Shown piece after piece: positions 45,625 through 56,182 of a stretch of DNA of 57,898 nt (its first letter is position 1; every line of letters starts with the position of its first letter). The stretch is from a virus (Duplodnaviria > Caudoviricetes): the IMG/VR virus record IMGVR_UViG_3300033273_000437, positions 1 to 57,898 of that record. One strand, written 5' to 3'. Below the pieces are notes generated by a model. That model had not been told where the DNA came from, made no database searches, and saw only the letters and a program-made list of their open reading frames with translations. Made by a program: the position numbers and the translations under genes.

Positions 45625-46038
45625 ATGATTATCACCTACACCCCTCAACTGGAAAACCCTCCTCGGGATAAAGAAGTCACCCTTGGTTTCTCCATTATTG
45701 GAGCCAAGGCTGGCGGTACTCAGAGAATCCAGCTCAAATCAGGGGTCAACCGCGACGTTGACCCTGCTGACTGGGAGAAGATCAAGGAGATGCCTCTGGT
45801 GTCTGATCTTCTCGCTCTCGGAGCCCTGAAGGTGCAGGAAGACGTTGAGGTCGTCACCACTCCTGAGAAGGAAGTGTCTGGCGGCCTCGCAACCATGCCT
45901 GTGAAGGATGCTCTGGACGTCATTTATGACGCTTTTGATCTAGATCTCCTTAAAGAGTGGGATTACGCAGAGAATCGCGTTCGTATCAAGAACGCAATTG
46001 CTAAGCGAATCAAAGCAATCACTGAGGGCGAAGGCTGA
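45625..46038 (+). CDS. Head-associated hypothetical protein
   Basis: Position after the capsid gene; LKSGVN. Confidence 0.6.
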   Translation: MIITYTPQLENPPRDKEVTLGFSIIGAKAGGTQRIQLKSGVNRDVDPADWEKIKEMPLVSDLLALGALKVQEDVEVVTTPEKEVSGGLATMPVKDALDVIYDAFDLDLLKEWDYAENRVRIKNAIAKRIKAITEGEG

Positions 46039-46349
46039 TGACTGTTACCGCCACCACATTCGCTGCTCGTTTTCCTGAATTTGGGAATATCGAGACTGCT
46101 GTGGTGACGGCAACCATCGCTGAAGCAGGCAGACAATGTGACAGCGACGTATGGGGAGACCAGCATGATGATGCGGTCAATTACTTGACTGCTCATCTGC
46201 TTGCCATGCGTACTCAAGCAATTGGACAGCAGATTGGGGCCGTACCGGGTGGAGGTAGTACTCAGTATGGTCTCGCTGCTACTACATATGGTTCTGCATA
46301 TCGTTTTCTGCAGGAAAGCCTCGCTGAGTCCTCAGGTTTTGCATTCTGA
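46038..46349 (+). CDS. Head-tail connector (DUF4054-like)
   Basis: FAARFPEF, YLTAHLL, TTYG. Confidence 0.8.
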   Translation: MTVTATTFAARFPEFGNIETAVVTATIAEAGRQCDSDVWGDQHDDAVNYLTAHLLAMRTQAIGQQIGAVPGGGSTQYGLAATTYGSAYRFLQESLAESSGFAF

Positions 46350-46726
46350 TGGGAGCTTACGCACCCTTTGATAATGCTTCTGTGACGTTTAAGGTCTACA
46401 GCTCATTTGCTGTCGATTCTCGAACAGGAAACAGAGTCCCTGTGACTACAGATGAGAGCTATACAGCAAATATCCAGCTTCAGCCGAACAAAGCTGACCA
46501 AAAGCCGGGTATTGATGAAGGAGAAATGCTCTGTAAAGGGCGTTTACTTTCTCCTACTGAATTCAGTTCTAAAGTCAAAGTCGGCAGTATCTGTACCTGT
46601 ACCGTCAACGGCATTACGGGAACACTTCGTTTGACTGATTTAGGCAGCAACACGCTGACCTTTGCTCGGAACACACTTTTTCAAGAGTTTTCAGGAGTAT
46701 TTGAGCAGACAGGCAAAGGAGGCTAG
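46349..46726 (+). CDS. Putative head closure protein
   Basis: Synteny only. Confidence 0.55.
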   Translation: MGAYAPFDNASVTFKVYSSFAVDSRTGNRVPVTTDESYTANIQLQPNKADQKPGIDEGEMLCKGRLLSPTEFSSKVKVGSICTCTVNGITGTLRLTDLGSNTLTFARNTLFQEFSGVFEQTGKGG

Positions 46727-46728
46727 TT

Positions 46729-47100
46729 ATGGCAAGGCAGCAAAAGCTTGATACTGCAAAGTTTGAGCGTGCTGTTGCTGAGGCCACTCAAGCTCTTGTC
46801 AATCGCCTGTCCGCTGAGTACACCAGCGAAATATCTTCGGCTAAGTGGGATTGGGTTGACGGCCAAAAGCGAGACATCGTTGATACCGGACGTCTCCGCT
46901 CTAGTCAAACAGTTCGCCGTAAATCTGATACTGAATATGAAGTCAGTTGGCCAGTTGAATACGCTGCTCAGGTGCATGAAGGGGCCAAGTTAAAAGGTGG
47001 GGGTGAATGGCCTGCTAGACCATGGACCCGTACTGCATTAGAAAACGTGGACGCTAAAAGTTACTTTGAGACTATACTTAGGAGAGAGTTAAGTGGCTAG
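46729..47100 (+). CDS. HK97 gp10-like tail completion protein
   Basis: VDTGRLRSS, YAAQVHEG, ARPW. Confidence 0.8.
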   Translation: MARQQKLDTAKFERAVAEATQALVNRLSAEYTSEISSAKWDWVDGQKRDIVDTGRLRSSQTVRRKSDTEYEVSWPVEYAAQVHEGAKLKGGGEWPARPWTRTALENVDAKSYFETILRRELSG

Positions 47101-47494
47101 TGTATCCCAAGTACGCAGTTTAATTAACTCGGCAATTGGATCCAAATTAGGAACATATAATCTTCCTGACGGATCCACGTCCCCCGCCCTTTGGGTTCGG
47201 GGTCAGCAGCAAGTTCCCAAGGATTGGACAATCAGCGGCATCGAATGTGTCATTGATGAAGTCCCTGAAATGCGGAACCAGCCCACCTTCTCGCAATCGG
47301 TGATTCTGTCAACTCGTTGGCCGATCTATATCACCAGTTACGACACGGCTCAAACACTAGCCGAGGTGCGCGAGCTTCTCTTTCAGTGGTTCCCGGATAT
47401 CCAGGATCCTGTGCATGTTGCTCAGACCGACATCTCCTTTGAAACCCTGAAAGTATTTATCCCCGATTACTCGATTCAACCTGAGAGAGGCTAA
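47093..47494 (+). CDS. Putative tail terminator
   Basis: Synteny only. Confidence 0.55.
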   Translation: MASVSQVRSLINSAIGSKLGTYNLPDGSTSPALWVRGQQQVPKDWTISGIECVIDEVPEMRNQPTFSQSVILSTRWPIYITSYDTAQTLAEVRELLFQWFPDIQDPVHVAQTDISFETLKVFIPDYSIQPERG

Positions 47495-48063
47495 TGGCTA
47501 ATCTTCCTGGTGGTGCTTTTGCTAAGGGGCGGGACCGCATCGTGCGAGTCGCCAACCCCGGTGGCACCCGTAAAACCTGCACCGTATCCGGTGGCAACAT
47601 CACTCTGCCTACGGGCCTGACCTACAACTTCCTGAAGGGCGCAACCCGAGCTGAGTTCACCCCTGCTCCTAACTCCCAAGAATTCTTCCTGCTGGGCGAT
47701 AACGGCTGGCGAGATTCTGTGGGTGTTACCCAGGCCGGTGAGCTGGCATGCTCTGCCTTCTTCATTAACGACCTGGACAACAGCAACGTTCCCACGGACT
47801 CCATTGACCCCGCTCTGCAGCTGGTTCTGAACTCCGAATCCGATCCCGACGTGGAGATCTGGGTGGAGATGTTCACTTTCCTTGGCCTGGACACCTCCAG
47901 CAACTACAAGTATCACTGCCGCGCCTTCCAGGGTTCGATCGTGAACGTGTCTGAGGCTGCTCCTTCTGACGGCCTGATTGAGTACTCCTGGACCTTCCAG
48001 TCCCGAGGCGAAATCTGGGCAGGCATCTACGACGCTGGCACCTCCGCTCTGTCTGTGTACTGA
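47494..48063 (+). CDS. Major tail (tube) protein
   Basis: Synteny; DGLIEYSWTFQSRG; high-expression codon bias. Confidence 0.75.
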   Translation: MANLPGGAFAKGRDRIVRVANPGGTRKTCTVSGGNITLPTGLTYNFLKGATRAEFTPAPNSQEFFLLGDNGWRDSVGVTQAGELACSAFFINDLDNSNVPTDSIDPALQLVLNSESDPDVEIWVEMFTFLGLDTSSNYKYHCRAFQGSIVNVSEAAPSDGLIEYSWTFQSRGEIWAGIYDAGTSALSVY

Positions 48064-48290
48064 TGAATTACGAGTTGCTGGTCTCTGAAGACAAGCGCTC
48101 TTACTTCATTAACTGCCAAAGCAAAAACGGAATACTAAGAGTGGGGGCGGTTTTTATCGCCCCTTCTTCGTCTTCACCGATAAAACTTGTGGCTGAAAAT
48201 GGTGCTAAGTTGACGCTGACACTTCCACCTGAAGCAATTGGGCAGCCAATTGAAATGGTGGCTGTAGACACATCCTTTTTTATAGATTGA
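48063..48290 (+). CDS. Hypothetical protein
   Basis: TGATG coupling. Confidence 0.5.
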   Translation: MNYELLVSEDKRSYFINCQSKNGILRVGAVFIAPSSSSPIKLVAENGAKLTLTLPPEAIGQPIEMVAVDTSFFID

Positions 48291-48784
48291 TGAGCAAGTA
48301 CTCAGATCTGTTTTTCAAAGAAAAGGAATATTACGAGGTTGCTCCTTTTCGATTCCCTATTTACGAAGACCTCGTTGCAGGAGAGGCAGAGGGAGTAGAG
48401 AACATCGCCCGCAATCAAGCGCAGAACACTTACACCCTGCTAAAGATTGCAAAGCAAGTAGCCAAAAAGAAAAAGATCTCAGTCAAAGAGGCTCTCGATA
48501 TCCTTTCTGATACCGATAGCGATAACGAGGTTGTCTACGACTATGCCGAGGAACTGGCAGAAGTTCAGCGTTCTGGGAATAGCGTTGCAGAGCAACAGAT
48601 TGAGATGGTGACCTTGTTCATCCGCTATCGGGGTGAAATTCAGGATCCGGAGGGCAAGCTGGGCTGGATCACAGTCCCCGACTGGAAGCGAGAAGACACA
48701 CTCAATATGCCTACAAAGCTCATGAGTGACATTTTCGAGTTTGTCAACTGGGAACGTAATGGTTGGCCGGAGGAGGGAAAGTAA
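48290..48784 (+). CDS. Tail assembly chaperone (gpG-like)
   Basis: Ends GAG GGA AAG TAA; between the tube and tape measure genes. Confidence 0.8.
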   Translation: MSKYSDLFFKEKEYYEVAPFRFPIYEDLVAGEAEGVENIARNQAQNTYTLLKIAKQVAKKKKISVKEALDILSDTDSDNEVVYDYAEELAEVQRSGNSVAEQQIEMVTLFIRYRGEIQDPEGKLGWITVPDWKREDTLNMPTKLMSDIFEFVNWERNGWPEEGK

Positions 48785-49230
48785 CGCCGAGGGAACAGGA
48801 TCCAGAGGAGCTTATTAATTCTTATCAGACTTATCTAGCTTCTAAACCCCTCGACATACTCCACCTCTATCTACAACTTAGATGCACGCCTTATGGGGAA
48901 GACTACCCAAAGGAGGTGTTTCTTCGTACCCCAATGGGTTTGATTGGCTACGTTTTATCGACGTGGTATGACGAAGAAAAGCGCCGTGCAAACGTTAATT
49001 CGATAAGTACGGCTAAGTTATCTCAGATTGTCCTTTCTGTTGCTCATGCTTTTGGTGGGAGCAAAGAACCGAGTAGGACAAAGATATCTGACTTCTTGCC
49101 TTTTGAAATTGACGAGGACAAGGCTAAAGCAGAAGATATTACCAAACAGATATTGACTAAACTTATAAAGAGCGGTCGCATACCCACACACGTTGTAGCG
49201 GCACTTAATCAGCTTATAACCCCCGGATAA
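48775..49230 (+). CDS. gpT-like -1 frameshift extension (G_GGA_AAG at 48775-48781)
   Basis: Same heptamer as lambda G/T; -1 frame open to 49230. Confidence 0.82.
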   Translation, partial: GKVTPREQDPEELINSYQTYLASKPLDILHLYLQLRCTPYGEDYPKEVFLRTPMGLIGYVLSTWYDEEKRRANVNSISTAKLSQIVLSVAHAFGGSKEPSRTKISDFLPFEIDEDKAKAEDITKQILTKLIKSGRIPTHVVAALNQLITPG

Positions 49231-49233
49231 TCT

Positions 49234-52200
49234 GTGGCTTCTCTAGGCGACCTTACTCTCTTTATCAGTGCAGAAACTGATAGAGCCCAGAAGGATATTG
49301 AGGGCCTGGGCAAAGAGGCGGATAAGATTGTAGGACAGAAGCGTGAACTAGGCTTCAGCCTTAAGAATGCGCGGAATAGTATCCGGCAATTTAAACGGGA
49401 CCTGCAAAGTGCAGGAGAAGCTGCCAAATTGGCATTCAAGGTCGCCAAAATGGAGGGCTTCCTTGACGACGAGATTGAATCTGCCGAGACATTAGCTAAG
49501 ACCACAAAACGTATCGGCGTTGGGCTAAACGAAGCTAGAAAACCAGGCAAATTACTAAAAAGAACATTTGATGGTTTAGCTAGCTCAACTGTTGGTGTTG
49601 TAAATGGCCTCGCAAAGATTGGATTTGCGCTTTATGGCATTCAGCAGGTTACTGGTGTCCTAAAGCAGGCTTTTGGTGGATTCTTCAACGCCACGCTTGG
49701 ACAGAATATTCAGCTCAGGGAGCAGATCCTTAAGACGCAGACAGCCCTTGCATCAACCAATGATGTCTTTGCTGATGGCGTTCGTATTGATGAACCCCTA
49801 AAGGCCATTGAGGCTCTTACAGGAGCCATTGAAGACCGTATTGAGAGCATCCGTGAGCGGTCACTTGACCTTGCGGGTGTCACCAGTAGTCAGGTCATCG
49901 AAGTCTTCGGAATTACGGCTCAACAGATCGGTCAAATCGGTGGAAGCCTGAAGGATGCGGAAGACCTCGCTATCTCGTTCTCCGCTGCGCTGGGAACCTT
50001 CGGTATTCCGCTGTACCAGGCACGCCAGGAAGTTGGATCGATCTTGCGTGGAGATATCACGCAGGATTCCTACCTGGCAAAGGCGTTGGGCATTACACCT
50101 GACGATGTCAGTAAAGCCAAGAACAGCACAGAAGGGCTCGTTGCATTTCTTGAAAAGAAGCTGGAAGCGGCTGTGGCAGGTCAAGCCATTGCAGCTAAGA
50201 GCTTTAGTGGTGTTGTCTCTAACCTGGCTGACTTTCAGGAGCTGATCGGCCAGCGCTTTGGTGCTCCCCTGCTTGACCCACTACTTGCAGGACTGAATCA
50301 GGTTTACGCTCTCCTCGTCTCTGTAAAGGAGGAAGCATTTGGAGCAGCTACAGCACTTGGTGAAGGTCTAGCTAACGCCGCACGTTTTGTGGCTAGCGCC
50401 ACTGGTGCAAAAGCAAGTACAGCCGGAGTAAATCAAGGATCTCTTCAAGGCGCAGGTCAAAACGCCGAGATGGAGATTAGAAATCTGAGTGCCCGTATTG
50501 CGGCATTTGGGGTCGAGCTTCAAAACGTTGTAGCCAACATCTTGCTCCAACTGGGCGACATCATTGCCAAGATCGGGGCTGGAATAAAAGCACTGGCGAG
50601 TGCATTTGTTGGTCTCAATGTCGGTGTATTCAAATCACTTCTGAACACGTTTGAACTCCTCCTTGAGGTTGTAAGAAGTCTCGCACCGGCTTTTGCAGAC
50701 TTATTAAAGGTTTACGCGGGATTCTTAAATACACCACTAATCAAATACTTAGCTGAGCTTGGGGCTCAGTTCAAACTGCTTGAGGCAGTAGGTGTAACTT
50801 CTATCGTCAAGCTTGTCTTAGTCGGGAAAACACTGGCTGCATCATGGGCAGGTATTGTTGCTGCAATTAAGACAGGCCTTGCATTAATTAATGCGGCCAT
50901 TGCTAAAACACTTGGTTTTATAGGAACGGTATTTGCAGCAGCGGGTCAAACGGTCGCTGTTTTCGCTACCAAGCTTGCAGCAACGGTGCCAGCAGCTAGC
51001 GCTCTTGCTGTGGCACTCCAAAAGGTCGCAGCATCTGCCACAGCCTCCTCTGTAGGCATGAAGAAGGCTGGTATTAGCAGCAACTTTCTGGTCGGTGGAT
51101 TTAAAAAAGCTGCTGCGGCTGCCATCATATTCAACCTTAAGTTGATGGCCATTGTTGGCGTTATTGCGCTGGTTATCAAGGCCTACGGCGATTTCCGACG
51201 TTCCCAAGAACGTGCAGCGCAATCTGCCCGCGCAGACAATGCTTATAAGAGGCTTTCTACATCCCTAAAAGATGTCACTGACCAATCATCAAAAGCAGCT
51301 CAGGCGCAACGCGAGCTGGAGATGTCGATTCTTAGCGCTGCTGTCGCTGCTGATAAGAAACTATGGGTCGACGCATATGAGAAGGTAGAAAGACTCAATG
51401 CTGAGTACGAAGAGTTAAAGAAAAATGCTGACAAAGTTGATTCATTGACGTATGGAGGTATGGGTGCTATCAGCCAAGACCCAGGCCTTAAGAAACTACA
51501 ACTAGATAAAGCAATTGCTGAAAAAGAGAAGGCAGAAAAAGCATATCTTGATCGTCTAGCCAAGTATGAAGAAGTTCAGACTGCTGCAAATATAGATAAG
51601 GAAGTTGAAACCAGGTCTAAGCAGTTAGGTCAACTGAACGAGAAGCTTGCGAAGGCTCAGCTCGATCTTCAGCGCAGAGTCGCACAAGACAAATTCAATG
51701 CTGAGCAGGAACTTGCCCAAAAGCAACTTGAATATGCACGCGCCCTCGAACAGGAGCGGATTGAGCTTGCTGCAGATCGCAACAGAAAACTCATCGAAGG
51801 TGAAGAAGGTGCTTCTGCAGCAGCTTTGCAGGGTTTAGTTGAGTATGCAAAAACTCGCAACGAGCAAGAAGCTGACATTGAGAACAAACGCCATCAACGA
51901 GTACTTGCAGTCCAGCGATTGGAGAACGAGATTGAGAACTACAAGTTCCAGATTGGTCAACGTGTACTGGAGCTTAAGAAACAAGGCGCAAAGATCGATA
52001 AAGAGACAGCTGAATACGTCCAGAAGGTATATCAGCAGATAGCGTTACAGCGAACCAACACCGCTAATACAGAGGCTCAACAAGCCCAGAAAGCACTGCC
52101 TATGGCTGTGACTGGATCCGCGAGGGTTGGTAACACAGGCCGTAGTACTGGCCCTCATATCGATATCCGAGGTTCAAACGAAGCTTCCGTCCTTCGGGAT

Positions 52201-53964
52201 GCAATGAACCTTATTCGTGCGTGGCAAGAGCTAGATGTAGAGTATATTTATCTCTCCAACCTCAAAAAGCACGTTAAGGCCGTTTCCGATCCCGCTGTCT
52301 TAATGGATCTTCTCAGGCAGGAGATGGCTGTACACGGCAAGAGAGTTTCTAAAGGTACGCATGCAATTGATATTGCTGTCCCTGAAGGCACAGTAATTCC
52401 TGGTGCAACTGCTGTTTCTCAGGAACAGCACGGCGCAGCCGGGCATATGGCAACGATGAAGGGTAGTGGGAATAAAATCCTGCACCTGATGAATCCGGCC
52501 ACTGCTGCTGGATTAAACAAACCATCATCAACCAGCCTAGACAACGCCCTTAACGCTCCTACTTTCGAGCCACCTGATCTTTCCGCTTACGAAGAAGCAA
52601 AAAAAGCAACACAGGGGATCATTGAACAATTAGAGGATTCGCAGCAAAGGCTGTCAGCCCTTGCCAATGACCGAAAGCTCAAATCAGCATTAGATCAACT
52701 GGTACCTAAAGCTGCTGTTGAGCAGTATGAGGATGCGATCATCCGTGTAAGGCAGTTCGCTGAAGCCGTCAAAGAGGGTAACAACCCTGAGCAGGCTGAA
52801 ATCGTTGCCGACCTTGAGGCACGTCGTGTAATCGCAGCTCGTGAGCTGCAACAGTTCCTTGAAAGGAACGCAGAGATCTTTAAAGAAGATGCAGCTACAC
52901 GCGATGAGGTTGCAGCAAAAGCACGCACCTTATTTGACGAACGCGTAGCACAGTTCGACACTGAGAGGGATAAGCGCCTTGAGCTTCTCGCCATTGAACA
53001 AAATATCAATGCTGCAAGGCAGCTAGCGGCAGATACAAAATCTAATGCCCTGACCACCAATCAAGCGTTAGTCACAGGTGAAGCCAACCTCCTAGCAGGT
53101 GTTGAGTACAGCCCATTCGATCGCCGTCGTATCCAGGCGGAAGGCAACATTGAAGCTCGACGGATGCAAGAGGAGGATCGCCTTGGAGGTCCGCTAACCG
53201 GAGATGCTCTTGAGCGGTTCGAGCAATTTAAGGAACAAGAGCTTATTAACGCTGAAAAGATGGCGCAACTCGACGCCATGACAGAGAAATTCCAGCTTTT
53301 AGGTGACGTTGCAGCAGGCATTGGTAACTCCATCTCTACAGCCTTTACCCAAGGTTTCGCTGACATCCTCTCTGGCTCAGCATCTGTGCAAGAAGTCCTG
53401 GGCAACATGTTCAAGGGCATCGCTGATTCCTTTATGCAGATGGCGCAGAAGATCATCGCCGACATGATCAAGATGCTGATCTACAAGTCACTGCTCGGCC
53501 TGTTCGGAGGCGGCTCTAGCGAAGACAGTGGTAGTGGTCTGACAGGTCTGTTTGGAGGTTCTCCTGGTGGTAATGATTCGTTTGCCGGAGTACCAAACAA
53601 CATCCTCGACAGTGTTTTACAGAGTGCTAATGGCAACGTCTTGCGAGGTGGTTTCCAAGCCTTCGCTAAAGGTGGGATTGTAAAAGCTCCCACGCTGGGA
53701 CTAATTGGCGAAGGTGGAAAGAACGAAGCCGTTGTTCCTCTTCCTGACGGAAGGGCTATTCCAGTTGATTTCGGTAAGAAAGGAAAGATAGGTGGTGATA
53801 TTACTTCAAACGTGACAGTCAATATTGATCAATCTGGCGGATCTAAGACTGAAATGTCAGGGGATGAGGCAGGTAAGCTCGGGAAAGCTATCGATGTCGC
53901 GGTAAAACGGGTCATCATGGAAGAAAGAAGATCAGGCGGTTTGCTCCACAATGGCCGACGTTAA
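49234..53964 (+). CDS. Tape measure protein with an M23-like segment
   Basis: 1576 aa, Ala-rich helical; GNTGRSTGPH; C-terminal FAKGG..GEGG.EAVVPL. Confidence 0.9.
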   Translation: MASLGDLTLFISAETDRAQKDIEGLGKEADKIVGQKRELGFSLKNARNSIRQFKRDLQSAGEAAKLAFKVAKMEGFLDDEIESAETLAKTTKRIGVGLNEARKPGKLLKRTFDGLASSTVGVVNGLAKIGFALYGIQQVTGVLKQAFGGFFNATLGQNIQLREQILKTQTALASTNDVFADGVRIDEPLKAIEALTGAIEDRIESIRERSLDLAGVTSSQVIEVFGITAQQIGQIGGSLKDAEDLAISFSAALGTFGIPLYQARQEVGSILRGDITQDSYLAKALGITPDDVSKAKNSTEGLVAFLEKKLEAAVAGQAIAAKSFSGVVSNLADFQELIGQRFGAPLLDPLLAGLNQVYALLVSVKEEAFGAATALGEGLANAARFVASATGAKASTAGVNQGSLQGAGQNAEMEIRNLSARIAAFGVELQNVVANILLQLGDIIAKIGAGIKALASAFVGLNVGVFKSLLNTFELLLEVVRSLAPAFADLLKVYAGFLNTPLIKYLAELGAQFKLLEAVGVTSIVKLVLVGKTLAASWAGIVAAIKTGLALINAAIAKTLGFIGTVFAAAGQTVAVFATKLAATVPAASALAVALQKVAASATASSVGMKKAGISSNFLVGGFKKAAAAAIIFNLKLMAIVGVIALVIKAYGDFRRSQERAAQSARADNAYKRLSTSLKDVTDQSSKAAQAQRELEMSILSAAVAADKKLWVDAYEKVERLNAEYEELKKNADKVDSLTYGGMGAISQDPGLKKLQLDKAIAEKEKAEKAYLDRLAKYEEVQTAANIDKEVETRSKQLGQLNEKLAKAQLDLQRRVAQDKFNAEQELAQKQLEYARALEQERIELAADRNRKLIEGEEGASAAALQGLVEYAKTRNEQEADIENKRHQRVLAVQRLENEIENYKFQIGQRVLELKKQGAKIDKETAEYVQKVYQQIALQRTNTANTEAQQAQKALPMAVTGSARVGNTGRSTGPHIDIRGSNEASVLRDAMNLIRAWQELDVEYIYLSNLKKHVKAVSDPAVLMDLLRQEMAVHGKRVSKGTHAIDIAVPEGTVIPGATAVSQEQHGAAGHMATMKGSGNKILHLMNPATAAGLNKPSSTSLDNALNAPTFEPPDLSAYEEAKKATQGIIEQLEDSQQRLSALANDRKLKSALDQLVPKAAVEQYEDAIIRVRQFAEAVKEGNNPEQAEIVADLEARRVIAARELQQFLERNAEIFKEDAATRDEVAAKARTLFDERVAQFDTERDKRLELLAIEQNINAARQLAADTKSNALTTNQALVTGEANLLAGVEYSPFDRRRIQAEGNIEARRMQEEDRLGGPLTGDALERFEQFKEQELINAEKMAQLDAMTEKFQLLGDVAAGIGNSISTAFTQGFADILSGSASVQEVLGNMFKGIADSFMQMAQKIIADMIKMLIYKSLLGLFGGGSSEDSGSGLTGLFGGSPGGNDSFAGVPNNILDSVLQSANGNVLRGGFQAFAKGGIVKAPTLGLIGEGGKNEAVVPLPDGRAIPVDFGKKGKIGGDITSNVTVNIDQSGGSKTEMSGDEAGKLGKAIDVAVKRVIMEERRSGGLLHNGRR

Positions 53965-54337
53965 TTTCTCAATCGATCTCGTCAATAGTGTTCAGGAGAG
54001 CATGTCGCACCGCGTGCGAAGGTTCGGGTTTGGCGATGGCTACGAGCAGATTGCAGCTGATGGTGTCAACACTCGAATTGTTCAGTACGACATCACCACG
54101 AGGCCGTTGAAAGCAGCAGATGCCGATGTAATGCGTACTGCCTTGGATAAGGCCGCAGTCGGTGATTATCTTCTTTGCACTCTGACCCCTTATTCAACAA
54201 TCCAACGCCGTTACCGCCTTGTAGATAGCAGCTATCAACGGCAGTTCCTGGTACAAGCCAGCACTGCGCTTGCGACAACTCAAAGAGAGTCCTACGAGAT
54301 TTTTCAGTTCACCTTGATTGAGGCCAACGCAAACTAA
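53951..54337 (+). CDS. Minor tail protein (gpM-like)
   Basis: FGDGYEQ..DGVN motif. Confidence 0.8.
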   Translation: MADVNFSIDLVNSVQESMSHRVRRFGFGDGYEQIAADGVNTRIVQYDITTRPLKAADADVMRTALDKAAVGDYLLCTLTPYSTIQRRYRLVDSSYQRQFLVQASTALATTQRESYEIFQFTLIEANAN

Positions 54338-55170
54338 TGGGACGCCGCTCTGTTATTAACAAGTCAACGCTTAACCTCACAGCGCCTAATTACGCGGCGT
54401 TGTCAGAAGCTATCGACGACTTTCAAGATGAGGAGCGTCTATTTTATAAGAGGCGTGCTGAAGAACTATCTGAATATCCAGGCGTTGGCAACAAGACAAA
54501 AGCTGAGGTGGAGAAAGATTATGACGATCTTTTGGGTAATGATCCCTGGGATTACATGAAAGAATTCAATAATGCTAATAATAATGAAAAGAGCGACAGT
54601 GACCAGACTGATAGCACTACAGACATGAACGGAGATGACGCTGATAGTTTCTACATAGTCCTCCCCAATAAGCTAGCCAAAAGAGAGGATAATCCAGACG
54701 AAACTGATGGTTATGGCTCTAACGCAGACAAGTTTATCCTCTACAACCCTGGGACGGGGTATGCCGAAGTTGATTTGCTTTATACGAATATAGATTTTTT
54801 CAAGAAGAAAGGTAGCTCTGGTACTTTTGGTAACAACAATTATGGATCCGCTACAACGTACTACGAAGGCTTTGGTGAACTTCCAGTTCGGTACAAGGAC
54901 AACAATAAGATGGATGGCCGAATCGCTCACATGAAGCGTTTGATCGGTACTCTTTGGAATGAGCAGGTAAAGCCTTATTGGGACGACTACGAAGATGCTT
55001 TAGACGATTACAACCAATACGTCGGTGGTGGTGTTGATACTGATATCTATAGTGGGACTGTTCCGAGCGAAGACAGGCCTTGGGATGGACTAACAAATGA
55101 CTTTAATGGTTATAACCGTATTGATGAACTGCCCAGTGAAGTTATCAAAGAGGCAAGAGGTTACAACTAA
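54337..55170 (+). CDS. Acidic D/N/Y-rich hypothetical protein
   Basis: TAATG-coupled on both sides within the tail-tip operon. Confidence 0.65.
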   Translation: MGRRSVINKSTLNLTAPNYAALSEAIDDFQDEERLFYKRRAEELSEYPGVGNKTKAEVEKDYDDLLGNDPWDYMKEFNNANNNEKSDSDQTDSTTDMNGDDADSFYIVLPNKLAKREDNPDETDGYGSNADKFILYNPGTGYAEVDLLYTNIDFFKKKGSSGTFGNNNYGSATTYYEGFGELPVRYKDNNKMDGRIAHMKRLIGTLWNEQVKPYWDDYEDALDDYNQYVGGGVDTDIYSGTVPSEDRPWDGLTNDFNGYNRIDELPSEVIKEARGYN

Positions 55171-55841
55171 TGGCATTTAAAGAAGACGCTCTTATTTCGC
55201 TTTTCATTATCTCCGGTGAACGGGCTCACCAGGGTAATCTATTCGGTCGTATTAACATCGTTAGCCCTGAACAGAGCGGAGGGCAGACCGTCAAATACGT
55301 TAACGAGAAGCTTCAGGATGTCACATATTATCCCTCTCCGATTCAGTTCGGCGGTGTTGAGATATCTGGTAGCAACAAGCTTCCAACGCCAAAGGTTCGT
55401 TTTGCGAACGTAGACGGGGGTATGACCGACCTCAGCCGAGATTTTGATGATCTTATTGGATTTAGGCTTATCCGTATTAGAACTTACGGTAAATTCCTGT
55501 TGAAGATAGGCAACGATGTGGGTTCATCACCTGACATACATGCCCACTTCACTCCTGATACTTGGTATTTCAATCGCAAGATTGAAGAATCAAAACTTGG
55601 AGTTAGCTATGAACTTGCCTCTATCTTTGACGTCGAGGGTTTGAGCATCCCCAAGCGCCGCCTTTACACCAATTTCTGTCCCTTTGCTTATAGAGGACCC
55701 GACTGTAAGTATGGCGGCCCGGACGTACCTACAAATGGTGAGCCTGATGGATGCTCCAAGACTTTGGACGCTTGTCAGAAACACTTTGGTGCTCAAGGTG
55801 ACGATCTCAGATATGGAGGCTTCCCTACATCCCAGCGATAA
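55170..55841 (+). CDS. Minor tail protein (gpL-like, Fe-S cysteines)
   Basis: LPTPK, ELAS.FD, CPFAYRGPDC...C...C...YGGFP. Confidence 0.88.
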   Translation: MAFKEDALISLFIISGERAHQGNLFGRINIVSPEQSGGQTVKYVNEKLQDVTYYPSPIQFGGVEISGSNKLPTPKVRFANVDGGMTDLSRDFDDLIGFRLIRIRTYGKFLLKIGNDVGSSPDIHAHFTPDTWYFNRKIEESKLGVSYELASIFDVEGLSIPKRRLYTNFCPFAYRGPDCKYGGPDVPTNGEPDGCSKTLDACQKHFGAQGDDLRYGGFPTSQR

Positions 55842-56182
55842 TGTCTAAGAGACTGCACCAACAGATTGCGAAATTAGCACTGGATGCTTCTCCAGAAGAA
55901 GTCTGCGGTGTAGTTCAGGAGGGCAAAGCAATCAGGTGCGAAAATAAAGCAAGTGAACCTACTCAAGCCTTTTTAATCGATGCCACAACGTATTTAAAGT
56001 ACGTCCCGGACACGATATTTCACTCTCATCCAGTAGGCCTGTATGGCTTCAGTGAGCACGATATCGCTGTAGCCGCCAACATGGATTTGACCTCATATGT
56101 CTATGTGGTCGAAACTGACACATTAGAGAAGTGGTCAGCAGAAAAAGGAATCGAGGTATTCAAGAAGGTCTTAAACCGATGA
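55841..56182 (+). CDS. gpK-like JAB/MPN domain protein
   Basis: EEVCG, FHSHP, SEHD; no NlpC/P60 domain. Confidence 0.8.
   Translation: MSKRLHQQIAKLALDASPEEVCGVVQEGKAIRCENKASEPTQAFLIDATTYLKYVPDTIFHSHPVGLYGFSEHDIAVAANMDLTSYVYVVETDTLEKWSAEKGIEVFKKVLNR

Noticed and set aside
43604-45648. Long antisense ORFs (363 aa and 301 aa) opposite the head genes
   Set aside because: Shadow frames expected from strong codon bias in highly expressed genes; no recognisable motifs.
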